A stretch of DNA of 64,000 nt from Nitrospirota bacterium (lineage in GTDB: Bacteria > Nitrospirota > UBA9217): assembly GCA_963749655.1 (NCBI GenBank), contig CAVVOB010000015.1:32001-96000 (forward strand), given 5' to 3'. Each line of letters starts with the position of its first letter. Position 1 is the first letter of the stretch. The translations under genes and the position numbers were made by a program. This document shows positions 21,029 to 31,772 of the stretch, piece by piece. The notes beneath the pieces were generated by a model. That model worked only from the letters and a program-made list of their open reading frames with translations. It was not told the origin of the DNA and did no database searches.

Positions 21029-21694
21029 TTACCGGCTGCGGAGCGATTCCGCGGCCTTGCCTGCCTCTCCGGCACGGACATCGTCTCCACTCTTCCGGTA
21101 CGCCTCGGCAAGGTGGGCATAGGCTTCGGCAAGGAACCCGGCCTGATCAGCGGGGATGAGGTTGATGGCTTCGCGCAGCGCTGCTATCGACTCATCCAGC
21201 CGGTTCAGTTTCAGCAGGACCATGCCTTTTGTATCGAGGTAATATCCCCGGTGTTCCGGCGTCGCGGCCAGGGCCTTCTGTATCAGGCCCTCGGCCCGGT
21301 CGATGCGGCGGTCTTGTTTCAGATAGACCCAGCACAGGTTGTTGTAAATGTCGCCGTTCTCAGGCTGCAGTAAAGCGGCCTTTTTGTAGGCGCCTTCGGC
21401 AGTTTCATAATTTCCCATTTGAAAAGAAAGATCAGCTAGAAGAATAAGGGATGAAACGGACTTTGGGTCACTTTTGACCGCGGCTTCGTACTGCTGCGCC
21501 GCGAGGTCGGCCTTTCCCTGGGCTTCGTAGATCTTGCCGAGCTTGACATGCTCCTCGGCGCTCAGCGGATCATTCAGAATGACGATCCTTGGAAGCGAAC
21601 AGGCGCCTGTAAAAGCCGCCAGAAAGGCGATGAAGCATGCGTAAAACGCACCTCTTATGAATAGTCTGTCAGTATTCACGGCTGGTTCCGTCAC
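21029..21694 (-). CDS. TPR-repeat lipoprotein
   Basis: Lipobox TGAC; DPLSAEEH; TPR helices (YNNL, YLDTKG). Confidence 0.82.
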   Translation of the reverse strand: MTEPAVNTDRLFIRGAFYACFIAFLAAFTGACSLPRIVILNDPLSAEEHVKLGKIYEAQGKADLAAQQYEAAVKSDPKSVSSLILLADLSFQMGNYETAEGAYKKAALLQPENGDIYNNLCWVYLKQDRRIDRAEGLIQKALAATPEHRGYYLDTKGMVLLKLNRLDESIAALREAINLIPADQAGFLAEAYAHLAEAYRKSGDDVRAGEAGKAAESLRSR

Positions 21695-22253
21695 CTTTCG
21701 GACGAATTATGAGCATCCATTGCCCCGCTCGCTTCCATGCCTTGGCAAAAGCGTCGTAGGCCATGACGCTGTTCGCCTGCAGGCCGTCATGCTCGATGAG
21801 AACGGCGTTCCTGTCATCAAATCCCACAGCGATAACGTAATGGGGCCTGCGGTAGAGTCCGAAGCCGAGATCAAGGAGGCAGATGACCGGCAGGTTCCTG
21901 CGGAGGGCGGTCTTCAGATCATCAAGAGTGCCTGCCGAGGATGCAGTCTCGAATCCCGCATTTCGCGCATAATTCTCCATGTCCATGGGCAAGGTGCCGC
22001 GGAGCTTCGGAACGTAGACCGCGGCGGTAATATCGTCCAGGGCAGCCGGTCTGCCCCAGAAAGCAAGGACGCCGGCAAGAGCAGCCGGTCCGCAGGTGTC
22101 CTCGCTCTGTCTGTAGAACGGGACCCCCTCTACGTAATGGCCCCGGGCCTCGATGCCTTTCCGAAGTTCGGAAAAGTCCCTCTGTGCGCAGGCTGCGAGG
22201 AACGCTGTGAACAGCAGAATGGCTAAATAAGGGAGTTTCATGGCTTGGTGCAA
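21669..22253 (-). CDS. C39-like cysteine peptidase lipoprotein (PA2778-like)
   Basis: LAAC lipobox; VPFYRQ..TCGPAAL catalytic Cys, PHYV..VG His, HDG Asp. Confidence 0.85.
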   Translation of the reverse strand: MHQAMKLPYLAILLFTAFLAACAQRDFSELRKGIEARGHYVEGVPFYRQSEDTCGPAALAGVLAFWGRPAALDDITAAVYVPKLRGTLPMDMENYARNAGFETASSAGTLDDLKTALRRNLPVICLLDLGFGLYRRPHYVIAVGFDDRNAVLIEHDGLQANSVMAYDAFAKAWKRAGQWMLIIRPKGDGTSREY

Positions 22254-22341
22254 AAAGCTTAGAGAGCGGCCTGTTCAGGATAAACAAAAAGGCCGAAAAC
22301 ATGTTGTGCATGTTAACGGCCCTGTAAAGAGAGTTGTCGCA

Positions 22342-22774
22342 TCACCTGATCACAATCCGGCCCTCTACCAGATAGATGATCAGCACCACGAGCAGCGCAA
22401 TAACGACAATGCTTGCGAGAAATCCGACCGCGTCGCCTCCGGCCTGGAGCGAATCAGTGTGTGTCGCAAGCTGGTGGACCTGGTCGTCGGAAAGCTCTGC
22501 TTACACGGGTCATGGCCTCTTCGGGAGAGAGCCCGTAATCCATGAGCCTCTGGCCCACGACTTTGGACTCGAGCGCCGTACGGATCTTGATCAGATCAGC
22601 CGCCCTCGCGGAGACATCGGGTAAAATCCCTGCATTATTTCCCGGTGGGGCAACGGGAAGGAACATCGCCTCAGCCGGACCCGTAAAGGTTGAAATGGAA
22701 AGCAGCGCAATAACCAGGTAAATGGTCAGCGGTTTTGCATAGACGGAATCAAGTATTTTTCTCATGGATGTCAC
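22342..22774 (-). CDS. PA2779-family protein (copy 2); frameshifted
   Basis: AEAM signal, LESKVVGQRLMDYGLSPEEA; the second frame gives DQVHQLA..LQAGGD plus C-terminal TM. Confidence 0.75.
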
Positions 22775-22794
22775 TCCGCTTCAGGAACCTTCCG

Positions 22795-23184
22795 TCACTT
22801 ATCGGACAATAACGCGATGTCCCGTGGCTTGCGAGTATCACGTATGACCAGAAGGACGACAAGGAGAAGGAAGATCAGCCCGTCCACGCCGTCGGCCCCG
22901 GCCTGCAGGGAGTCCAGGTTCGAGGCGAATTGATGAACCTGCTGATCGGAAAGCGTGTTCATCCGCGCCATTACCTCTTCCGAAGATAGTCCGTAATCCG
23001 CGAGCCGCTGTTTGATCATCGTTGATTCCAGCGTTCTCTGGATGTTCGACATTTCGGCTTCCCTTACCGGAGCGGTCCCTGTCGAAGGCAGGAACATGGC
23101 CCAGCCCTGGGCCGGAAGAGTCATGAAGAACGTTGCAGTTACCAGATAGACTGCAATACTCTTGAAAATCTTCGAGTTGTGCAT
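22795..23184 (-). CDS. PA2779-family protein (copy 1)
   Basis: GWAM signal, QRLADYGLSSEEVMARMNTLSDQQVHQFA..LQAGADG plus hydrophobic tail. Confidence 0.78.
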   Translation of the reverse strand: MHNSKIFKSIAVYLVTATFFMTLPAQGWAMFLPSTGTAPVREAEMSNIQRTLESTMIKQRLADYGLSSEEVMARMNTLSDQQVHQFASNLDSLQAGADGVDGLIFLLLVVLLVIRDTRKPRDIALLSDK

Positions 23185-23281
23185 GACCGTGGCCTCCTCA
23201 AAGAGGTTGGAGCTCCAAGGAATTCCAAGCTGTCCCGACCTGATGATCCGGAACGGTCCGGATAGCGTTCCGATAATCCAA

Positions 23282-23929
23282 TTATATCGCTTTCACCTGA
23301 TGATTTTTCCCGCTGCGTAAATATCCGACCACGCTGTCGGCGAACGACGGAATGTCCTTGTAGGCTTCCGACAGCGATTTGATTTTAGCCACCGTCGTTG
23401 CGCGCTGCTCGGGATTTATTTCGAGAAGTTTCAGAAGAGAAGCGAGATACTCGCCGTCTCCAGCAGCCAGTTCCTTAAACAGGTTGCTGTAGCTCAGGAT
23501 GACAAATTCCTTGATCTTCGTTTTTCCCTCCGTAATGCTGTCCACCGGCGCACTTTCGGGAGGAAGCGTGATGAAATATCTGTTCGGCGCATATTCGTGC
23601 ACTGCACCGGAAAGTCCGTCCGTGGTCGATCCGAAAAGACCGCCGATGAGTATGTTCCCGAAGAACCAGGGGTTGACCGACGTGGCCATTGGCATGGTCA
23701 GCGTTTTATACCCGTCCTTCGAAAACGACAGTGACTGGCTGCTCTTTCTCTCGATAGTGGTGGTCAACGGCGTTTTACCGAGTATCTTTTCGTTCAGCAT
23801 TACCGTTGCACCTTCGGGCACGGTCTGGAACGACACCTCCTGAGAGCCGCCTTTTATGATGGTGGCACACCCGCTCGACATGACGATACAACACAAAACT
23901 GCAAAAACCGATACAATCCTGTTCTTCAT
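23282..23929 (-). CDS. PEGA-domain lipoprotein with C-terminal DUF3015-like domain
   Basis: SGCATII lipobox, PEGATV..GKTPL, LFKELAAGDGEYLASL matches the DUF3015 tail of 27046..27516. Confidence 0.72.
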   Translation of the reverse strand: MKNRIVSVFAVLCCIVMSSGCATIIKGGSQEVSFQTVPEGATVMLNEKILGKTPLTTTIERKSSQSLSFSKDGYKTLTMPMATSVNPWFFGNILIGGLFGSTTDGLSGAVHEYAPNRYFITLPPESAPVDSITEGKTKIKEFVILSYSNLFKELAAGDGEYLASLLKLLEINPEQRATTVAKIKSLSEAYKDIPSFADSVVGYLRSGKNHQVKAI

Positions 23930-24128
23930 AAAGCCCCCCTTTATGTCAGTGATCGGCAAACCGCTGCAGACAGGTATGAACGAATCTTCGGACAAGTATA
24001 TAAAATTCAGCAAATGTGTCAAGCATAATCACCTGAAGGAGAACGTTTTTCAAAAGACAAATATCGTGCAGACACTTGACAACCATCAACCTCACAGATT
24101 ATCATGATGAAAATCCGATTTTCGAGGT

Positions 24129-25004
24129 ATGCAGATGATTTCGATCCGTCGAATGTCCGCCGCAGCCGCCTTTTTTCTGTTTGTCTTTTTTATCGCAGTC
24201 TCCCCTGCCCGTGCCGACTTCAAAAAGGCCAAGATCGCTGTGCTCGATTTCCAGATGCAGGGCGACCAAAAGACGGCCCAGGACATGGGAAAGATCGTTG
24301 CCGAGTGGCTCATCACCGGACTGGTCGAGACGGGGCGGTTCGATGTGATCGAGCGACGGCTTCTCGAAAAGGTCTTCGCCGAACAGAAGCTCGGGGCCAC
24401 AGGGGCCATTGACCCGGGCAGCGCAGCCCAGCTCGGCAAGATCCTCGGTGTAAAGATCATCGTCGCAGGCACCGTCACCAGCCTCGAGGGTATGAACGAG
24501 ATCAACGCGCGGTTGATCAATGTGGACACTGCTTCCATCGTTGCCGCCGAAAAGGTCAGATCCGGCAGCGCCGAACGGCTCAGCGACCTCGTCGTAAAGA
24601 TCACCGCGAAGATCGTCGCGGCCTTCCCCCTGGAAGGATATATCGTTCAGCGTGAGGGCGATAAGGTGATAATCGATCTGGGAAAGAACCTTGGGGTAAA
24701 GCCGGGAATGAAGTTCGCTTCCTTCAAGGAAGGCAAGGTCATCAAGCACCCCAAGACAGGAGAAGTGCTCGACGTGGAGACGATAGAGACGGGATTGATC
24801 GAGATCAGGGAAGTGCGCGAAAAAACCGCAACAGGCCGGATCATCCGCGAAGCCGCTCCGGACAGCATCCTTTACGGCAGCATGGTGCGGAGCTCGACAA
24901 AGGACGGCAGCGAGACCGAGGAGCAGGAATCCGTTCAACAGGAATCGGGCGAACGTCGCGGCGTCATACCGATCCCGGGCTTCTTCAGGAAAAAGTCGGA
25001 GTAG
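24129..25004 (+). CDS. CsgG/TolB_N-like periplasmic protein with FlgT-like C-terminal domain
   Basis: Signal peptide, KIAVLDF, RFDVIERR, LGKILGV, VIIDLG..GVKPG, IKHPKTGEVL. Confidence 0.75.
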   Translation: MQMISIRRMSAAAAFFLFVFFIAVSPARADFKKAKIAVLDFQMQGDQKTAQDMGKIVAEWLITGLVETGRFDVIERRLLEKVFAEQKLGATGAIDPGSAAQLGKILGVKIIVAGTVTSLEGMNEINARLINVDTASIVAAEKVRSGSAERLSDLVVKITAKIVAAFPLEGYIVQREGDKVIIDLGKNLGVKPGMKFASFKEGKVIKHPKTGEVLDVETIETGLIEIREVREKTATGRIIREAAPDSILYGSMVRSSTKDGSETEEQESVQQESGERRGVIPIPGFFRKKSE

Positions 25005-25026
25005 GCGTTTTTGCGGCCGGCATGAT

Positions 25027-25054
25027 GTAGGGGCAATTCATGAATTGCCCCTAC
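25027..25054. repeat. GTAG-type REP palindrome between convergent genes
   Basis: Perfect 28-bp palindrome GTAGGGGCAATTCATGAATTGCCCCTAC. Confidence 0.8.
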
Positions 25055-25087
25055 TGAAAAAACATGCATTTCGGTTGTTAAAACGTT

Positions 25088-27046
25088 TTAATAGTACCAG
25101 TTTCCACGAAGCACAATGTCCGTTTTATAGATATCGAAGGACTGTTCCCTCGTCGCATCGAGGGAAAGGGTGGTGTTCGTCGTTATACGCAGGTTCTGCT
25201 GCAGGGCAGCGGTGAGCTTCTGGTGCCGGTCCCCGATGTCGTAGAAGAGTCCCTGCGCCCAGAGGTTCACTTTCCAGTCCCTGGTCATATTCATCATGAG
25301 TCCGGCCGTTCCGCCGAGGCCGAGAGCATACCCCTTCTTCAGGCGGTCGCTCGCGTTCGAGTCTGCCTCTGCAAGCAGGTAGGCCATGCCGTTTCCCAGC
25401 TTCCCTGACAGTCCGCCCCCAGCATTCAATTTCAGCGCCGGATGGTCCTTGCCGTCCCGCATCATCATGTCCTCTGCGCCCGCATTGACTTTCCACGATA
25501 TAGGCCTGAATATGCCGTTCCACGGAGAAAGCGAAAGTATGTCGATGACGTGCAGCCGGTGCAGATGCCAGGTCTCGTCATCGAAATAATAACGCAGGGA
25601 CACATCCATGAAATTGATCTGGGCGCCCCGCACGTATCCCTCGTCAAAATCCGTGATTTCGTGATAAGCCGCCCGCCATTCGGCCTCGCCGAACCACGTT
25701 CCCGTACGGTACCCCCCGCCGGTCCTGATACGGCCGGAAAGATGTCCCTGGTCCGGAGGCGTGGGCGTCACGATTACAGGGGAATTCGCGACAGGCATCC
25801 CGAGCGTGCTGCGCGAAGCGAGAATATCGAGGAACTGTTTCTTATAACGGTCCTCGTCCAGTTTCCTGCTGGAAAAACGGTACTGGATGAGCTCTGCGGA
25901 CAGGTCCAGGACTTCCTGTTTCTGCTTGACCGTGAGGTCCGTATTCAGCACGCTCTGTGGCGTTTGCCTGCCGTCAATTACGGAATAAGTCATGTCCCGA
26001 AGCCCGCTGTCCATGTCCGAGGCTATGTTGATGATCTTCGTTGCAGACGACGGCCGGAAGGTCACGCGCTCCACGATGCCGAACTTTTGCGCTGCGCGGA
26101 CGGTGTCCACGGGGATGACCCAGAACCTCGACTTGCCGTAGAATTCGTCAGTCAGCCGCAGGGACGGTCTGCCTGCTTCGATCAGGAAGAGGAGATTGAA
26201 CGAGCAGTTCTGGTCGAAAAAATAATAGTTCGCGTAAAAATCCTTCATCTCCCAGATGTGCAGAAACACCCGGTATGCCTCGTCGGCTGTCAAATTGAGA
26301 TGGTATTCCCAGATGTCGCGGTGCTCGATGTCGCTGTACTCCTGCACCTTCTGGTAATAAGGCAGGTTGGAGTAGCGGCCGTGGTAGAACCCGAAGATCC
26401 CCTTGAAAACATAAAAGAGGCCGATGTTGTCGCCGGTAATCGCCGCGTAGTTGACGGCATGGGACAGCAGGTCGCTCTCGTAGGCGGTATTGATCCTGAG
26501 AAGCGTATGGCCGAACATGGACGACGGCAGATTCAAGAGTGTGTTGGGGAAAACGAGAACAACTGATCGCGGATTTACCTCGGAGAGGGCCTTCTTGAAC
26601 TTAGAACAGTCCGCGGGCGGCATGCGTTGCTCGTCGATGCCGAGCTGCTCCTTAAGCCAGGTGTAGCGGCCGATGAATTTGCACTGCGGGTGCTCCTCGT
26701 CGCTCTTCACCTCGGTCTGGAAAAAGCTCGCGAGCGTCGCATCAAGCTCCGCCTCGGGATTGCGTTTGCCGTCCGGGGCGTTGAAGAAGCGCGGATCGTC
26801 CACAAGGCTCTTGGTCCCCGAGCCTGCGGGCTTGTAATGGAGCAGCACCTCCCACACCCGGGTCCTCGCCAGTCCTTTATCCCGGGCCTGCTGCTGCAGA
26901 TCGGCAAGATAGCTTTCCGCGGCCGATCCGGTCTTTGCCGCAAGCAGCGCCAGAATACAGAGGCAAAACAAAAGGCATGCGGAGCGAAATGCTCCGCATG
27001 CCCTGGTGTAACGCTGATTGCGGCACGTCAGAATACGACGCACCAT
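25088..27046 (-). CDS. DUF4105 (Lnb-like acyltransferase N-terminal) domain outer-membrane protein
   Basis: SMFGHTLL, EYSDIEHRDIWEY, YYFFDQNCS; beta-strand C-terminus ending in aromatic residues. Confidence 0.85.
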   Translation of the reverse strand: MVRRILTCRNQRYTRACGAFRSACLLFCLCILALLAAKTGSAAESYLADLQQQARDKGLARTRVWEVLLHYKPAGSGTKSLVDDPRFFNAPDGKRNPEAELDATLASFFQTEVKSDEEHPQCKFIGRYTWLKEQLGIDEQRMPPADCSKFKKALSEVNPRSVVLVFPNTLLNLPSSMFGHTLLRINTAYESDLLSHAVNYAAITGDNIGLFYVFKGIFGFYHGRYSNLPYYQKVQEYSDIEHRDIWEYHLNLTADEAYRVFLHIWEMKDFYANYYFFDQNCSFNLLFLIEAGRPSLRLTDEFYGKSRFWVIPVDTVRAAQKFGIVERVTFRPSSATKIINIASDMDSGLRDMTYSVIDGRQTPQSVLNTDLTVKQKQEVLDLSAELIQYRFSSRKLDEDRYKKQFLDILASRSTLGMPVANSPVIVTPTPPDQGHLSGRIRTGGGYRTGTWFGEAEWRAAYHEITDFDEGYVRGAQINFMDVSLRYYFDDETWHLHRLHVIDILSLSPWNGIFRPISWKVNAGAEDMMMRDGKDHPALKLNAGGGLSGKLGNGMAYLLAEADSNASDRLKKGYALGLGGTAGLMMNMTRDWKVNLWAQGLFYDIGDRHQKLTAALQQNLRITTNTTLSLDATREQSFDIYKTDIVLRGNWYY

Positions 27047-27516
27047 TATTTCGCGGAAACGGCCGCGACGTTGTCCATCACGCTCGCCATCTGTACGTTG
27101 GGGGTCGAGAAGATCTTGGCAAAGCCGGACTGCATGCGCTGATAGAATGCCGTACGCTGGTCGGTGGGAACGCCGAGGAGTTCTGCGAAGGCCTCAAGCG
27201 TCTCACCGCGGCCCTGGGCGATGTCACGGGCCAGGTTGTCCATGTTGGCAAGCACGAATTCGTTCATGCGCTCGTTGCTCACGAAATTAGCAGGCTGTTT
27301 GCAATCCGACGTTCCCGTCGTAATACCGAAGGTCTGGTTGCCGTAAATGCCGTTGGTTGTTGCCTGGAAGGTCTGGAGGATGACTGAGTTGTCTGCATTG
27401 TTCTTGAACAGCATGGTACCGAGACCGCAACCGGTGTTCTGCGCTGCCGTGCCGGCAAATGCCGTAGCCGCCAGCATCAACGATAGTGCCACTGCGATAA
27501 CGACTGCTTTCTTCAT
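27046..27516 (-). CDS. DUF3015 family secreted protein
   Basis: NTGCGLG, ATTNG..GNQTFGITTGTSDC, LARDIAQGRGETL. Confidence 0.88.
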   Translation of the reverse strand: MKKAVVIAVALSLMLAATAFAGTAAQNTGCGLGTMLFKNNADNSVILQTFQATTNGIYGNQTFGITTGTSDCKQPANFVSNERMNEFVLANMDNLARDIAQGRGETLEAFAELLGVPTDQRTAFYQRMQSGFAKIFSTPNVQMASVMDNVAAVSAK

Positions 27517-27755
27517 GGTGCCCTCCTTGGGATGATGGAATGTTGAAACCAATGTTGCGTAAGGTATAATTAATCATACTTTTAACAGAAAGTCAACCCG
27601 AATATGGCCGGTTCAGAATTTTTTGTCTCTTCAGAATAAAATTCGTGACTATACATGTCGAGAATTCTTTACCGCCAGGTCGCGAAGGACGCGAGGAAAA
27701 CGGAAACTCTGCGAAAAAAGCTGTGCCTTCCCGACGATCTTTGCGCCCTCGCGGT

Positions 27756-28649
27756 TCAATTCTTTCCTGTCCCTGTCTGTCCTGGCCAGAGATTTATGAT
27801 TCTGCTGTTCAGGTAATCGACAAACCTTTTCCGGACATCTTCCTCAGCAAAGGACATGACATGCCCCGGCGTCGAGGTCTCCCGGAACTCCTTGGGTTCA
27901 GCCGCTGCATCGTAGAGCATTTTGCCGTGATGATTCGGGACAATCGGGTCCTTTTCCCCGTAGAGGATAAGGACCGGAACGGGCGAAACCTTGTTTATCC
28001 ACCGGACAGGACTGTACGAATCACCAACGAGAAAGGACAAAGGATACTGGAACAACCAGGTAAGCCAGAAGCCGGATAACTTCTCCCGGGCAATGAGCCG
28101 GTAGCTTGCGAAGGGACTGTCGAGGACGAGCGCCGCGATACGGCGCTTGTCAGGCGCGTTCGCCACGGTGTAAACGGAGATAGCGCCACCTATGCTCTGG
28201 CCGAGGACAACAACGGGCAAAGACTGTGTCCCGGGCAGGTTCAACGCCGTTGCGAGCGCGGCAGCGCCGTCACGGTGGACGCCCGCAATACCGGGGCTGC
28301 CTTCGGACAGCCCGTATCCCCGGTAATCGAAGATGAAAACATTGAATCCTTCCCGAACCAGCCACAACACGCTGTTCACGTGGGTGCTGAGGTTCTGCGC
28401 ATTGCCGTGGAACACAAGAATGGTGGCCCTGGGTTCGCCGAGGGCCTGAAAGAACCAGCCGTGCAGGGTGACGTTGTCGGAGGTCTTGAACGAAACGTCC
28501 TGGGGACGGAACAACTGCGCAACGGGATTACTATAAAGCTCCTTCTGCGGATAGAAAAAGAGCGAGCCGCACCCTGCCGGGAAAAGCAAAAGCAGCGACA
28601 GGAAAAAAGCGGCAAACAAACGCCTCTTATTATGCATGCTGACGGTCAT
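27756..28649 (-). CDS. Alpha/beta hydrolase lipoprotein
   Basis: FHGNAQN, DYRGYG, GQSIGG nucleophile, D(PIVP) and GH catalytic residues. Confidence 0.9.
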   Translation of the reverse strand: MTVSMHNKRRLFAAFFLSLLLLFPAGCGSLFFYPQKELYSNPVAQLFRPQDVSFKTSDNVTLHGWFFQALGEPRATILVFHGNAQNLSTHVNSVLWLVREGFNVFIFDYRGYGLSEGSPGIAGVHRDGAAALATALNLPGTQSLPVVVLGQSIGGAISVYTVANAPDKRRIAALVLDSPFASYRLIAREKLSGFWLTWLFQYPLSFLVGDSYSPVRWINKVSPVPVLILYGEKDPIVPNHHGKMLYDAAAEPKEFRETSTPGHVMSFAEEDVRKRFVDYLNSRIINLWPGQTGTGKN

Positions 28650-28730
28650 ATCGTCCTTTTGAGTTCACGATGACAAGCGAGGATTTTCGATGAGACATCG
28701 ACTCATTCCGCGGGATAGTATAGCACGGTG

Positions 28731-29821
28731 TTAAACTTTTCTCAAAAGAAACGCATGGGCGGACAAACCTGCGCCATAGGCGAGCATGATGCACCAGTCG
28801 CCGGAGGCAATGCCCTGTTCCTGCAGTTCTCCCAGGGCGAACCAGACCGTAGGCGAGGACATGTTCCCGTATTCGGCAAGGACCTTGCGCGAGGCCCGGA
28901 CTTTCTCCTCGGGAATACCGATCTCGTCGCGGACCGCGTTGATGATCTTCTCACCTCCCGTATGAACCGCCCAGTGGCGCACATCCGTCGCAGTCAGCCC
29001 CTGGCTCGAAAGGACGTCATCCGTCACCTCGGCTGCGGCCTTCCCTACAAGGCCGGGCAGTTTGAGCGACAGCTGGTTGTGCAGCTGGCCGTTCTTGTGA
29101 ACGAACCGGATCGTTTCCCGCTCTTCCGGTACATACCGTGCTGCTGATGCGACCAGCCTGAAGCCTGACGGTTTGTCCAGGAGAACGCGGCCGCTGCGCC
29201 GTCTCCGAACAAGGCGTTCGAAAGAATGAGGCTGAGATCGTTATCCATCTGGAAAGTGGTCGTGCAGATCTCAACCGACACGCTGACAACGGCGCCGCCT
29301 TTTGTCCTGACAAGCGATTCAGCAACCTGAAGGTTGGGGATGGCGCCGCCGCAGCCGCTCCCGACCATGTCGTAGACCGGAGTATTTCGTTTCAGTCCGA
29401 GACGCTCGATGAGGTAGGTTGAGATGCCGGGGCAGATGTATCCTGTGCAGGTGTTCACTACCAGCCCGGATACGTCCTGAGCGCCCAGGGACGCCCGGCT
29501 CAGCGCTTCCGTGATCGCCCGGGCAGCCAGATCGATCGATTTATCCGTGAACCGGGCGATGCGCTGGTCAGGCGATTCATCGACGATGCATGCCGGGTCA
29601 TCAAAGGCAAAATGCCGTTTTCTGATGCTGGGATGGGAAAAAACCGCATGGACCAGCCCCATACTCCGGGAGTTCAGCTTCTTTCCGAAATTCTGCTTCA
29701 TAAAATTCTCGGCAAAGGCCTGATCAGCGCTGTAGGGCGGCACGACGGTCGAAAAGGACGCAATGTACGCCGAGCCGGTACCGTTATTACGGATTGGATT
29801 TCCCTGTTCTACAGCACCCAT
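28731..29821 (-). CDS. Type III polyketide synthase (chalcone-synthase family); frameshifted
   Basis: TCTG, GSGCGG (Cys), ALFGDGAAA, WAVHTGG (His), YGNMSS (Asn), YGAGL. Confidence 0.88.
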
Positions 29822-29982
29822 GGTTCTGGCTCCTCGAATAAGAGTTATGAAACTTGCAACGGCAACTCCATCTTTCTCTCTTTATGAAAATCTACCGGGC
29901 ATATCTTTTTCTGCGCCCTCTGCGTCCTCTGCGGTTAAATACTTTTCTTGAGTCTGTTTCCGTCTTTTCACGAACGTTCTTC

Positions 29983-31409
29983 TCAAACATCCAGTCCCGC
30001 AAGCCGCAATCCCCTTCGCAAATAGCGTGTATATTTCCAGAGGGGCGGCCGCACTCCCAGCGCCCCGCCTATCCGATTGAGCCTCGGGAGAAAGGACAGT
30101 CCGAACGCGTCGTTGGTTATAAAATTCATATTAGTGTTCAGAAATTTTTCGAGCTCCCGCTCCATCCAGCTGAGATCCACGTCCGGGGACACATAAAAGA
30201 CCGGGGAAAGCATCTCCCTGCGATCAGAGGAAAGCACTCCCTGCTCCCGCGCGATGGTTTCCAACTCCGTCCCGGGATAGATCCGGACCCCGATGTTGAA
30301 AAATGCCACGTCCCGGGGCCGAACGGCGGCCTGCGCGAACAGCAGCGTTTCCCTGACTGTTTCCGCTGTTTCTCCCGGCCCGCCGAGCAGAAAGATCCAG
30401 GCGCAGGGCAGATCATGGCGTCGGACGACCTCGACAGCCCGGTGCACCTCGCGGCTCGAAAAGCCTTTCCTGAGACGCCGAAGGACCGGGTCTGAAGCGC
30501 TCTCCACGGTAATGCCCATGCTGACGAAACCCGCCTTCTCCATTGCAACAACGAGGTTGTCATCGAAGGACCGGGGATTCAGCTCCACGCTTTGAAGCCG
30601 CGCCTTGCTGCCTGCACGGGCCAGGGCCTCGCATACGGCCATGGCATGATCAAGGGGTTCATTGAATACGCTGTCCACGAATTCGATGTCGCGCATTCCT
30701 TCAGTTGCGAGCCGCGAAACGATTTCTACGACGAGATCGGGTTCCGCGAACCGATAGACGTCGCCATCGATCTTGCGATAAGTGCAGTAGACGCAGCGAA
30801 AAGGGCATCCGATCTTGGTCTGGACCGGAGCCGTGGCCATTTGCGACCGGTAGGCGGCAATATCGAGCCACCTTTTGTAATCGGGCGCCACCCAGCCGTC
30901 GCCAAACCGGGACGCGGCGCGGGCCGCATGCGAAATGCGCCGTCTTCCAGAACCGCGGTGCCGGCAAGATCGTTCATGGTCCTTTGCCGGCCAAGGCGTT
31001 CGAGCAGCTCCGGAAATATCGATTCCCCGTCCCCGATGACGCCGTGCGACACTCCGGCAAACTTCAGGATATCTTCCGGCATGACGCCGAGCGCTGCGCC
31101 GCCCAGGATGATCGGCGCAGCCGTGCAGTTCCGGACAGCCGTTACCACTTCCCTCAGTTCGTCCAGAAAAAACACCGGCTGATGCATGTCGTTGTTGTCG
31201 ATATTCCTGATAGAGAGTCCGACCACATCGGGCTGCGCGGCGGCAACGGCGGATTCTATCGCTGCCCGGAGATCGCCGCTGAACATCAGGTCCAATAGTC
31301 TTACCCGGTGACCTGCACGCAATGCGGCATCGGCTACCATGCAGGCGCCGACGGGCATGACAGGCGTCGGTGCGGTATTGCGGTTTGTGCTTATGAGAAG
31401 AACGTTCAA
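29983..31409 (-). CDS. B12-binding radical SAM enzyme (lipid-biosynthesis-associated type); frameshifted
   Basis: MNVLLISTNR..PVMPVG, VGLSIRNIDN, GGAA B12 domain (30726..31409); QTKIGCPFRCVYC, FVDSVFN, LLGGPGET, RIYPGT (29983 frame). Confidence 0.88.
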
Positions 31410-31772
31410 GTGCTGGTGCTGATTCCTTTCCTGTTCTAGACCGGTTCGCTCCTCTTTTCAGCATAGCTGCCGAAAAAGGAGATGTCAAGGCAGCGGCGCT
31501 CCCGAAAATCACCACCGAAAGCACCGAGGACGCCTGGAAGACCGGAGAAAAGTGCGGATTAATTTTCGATTTCTCTTTCCCGAGCTCTCGGTGGCAAAGA
31601 ATCTTGTCAGAGTTGGTATTCGTATCCCATCAGGACGCTCTCAGGAAGCGTCTGAATCAAGACATTTCGGAGAGTGACATTCACGAAGAAGCTTGCTATA
31701 ATCAGTCCCTGTGCGCACCGGCAGCCGATGCTGTCGCATACGGACTTTTTCAACCTACAGAGGAGGTTTTTC

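Noticed and set aside
23950-23990. GGCAAACC resembling a c-di-GMP-I riboswitch
   Set aside because: The GAAA tetraloop and downstream GCAAAG/P2 elements are missing
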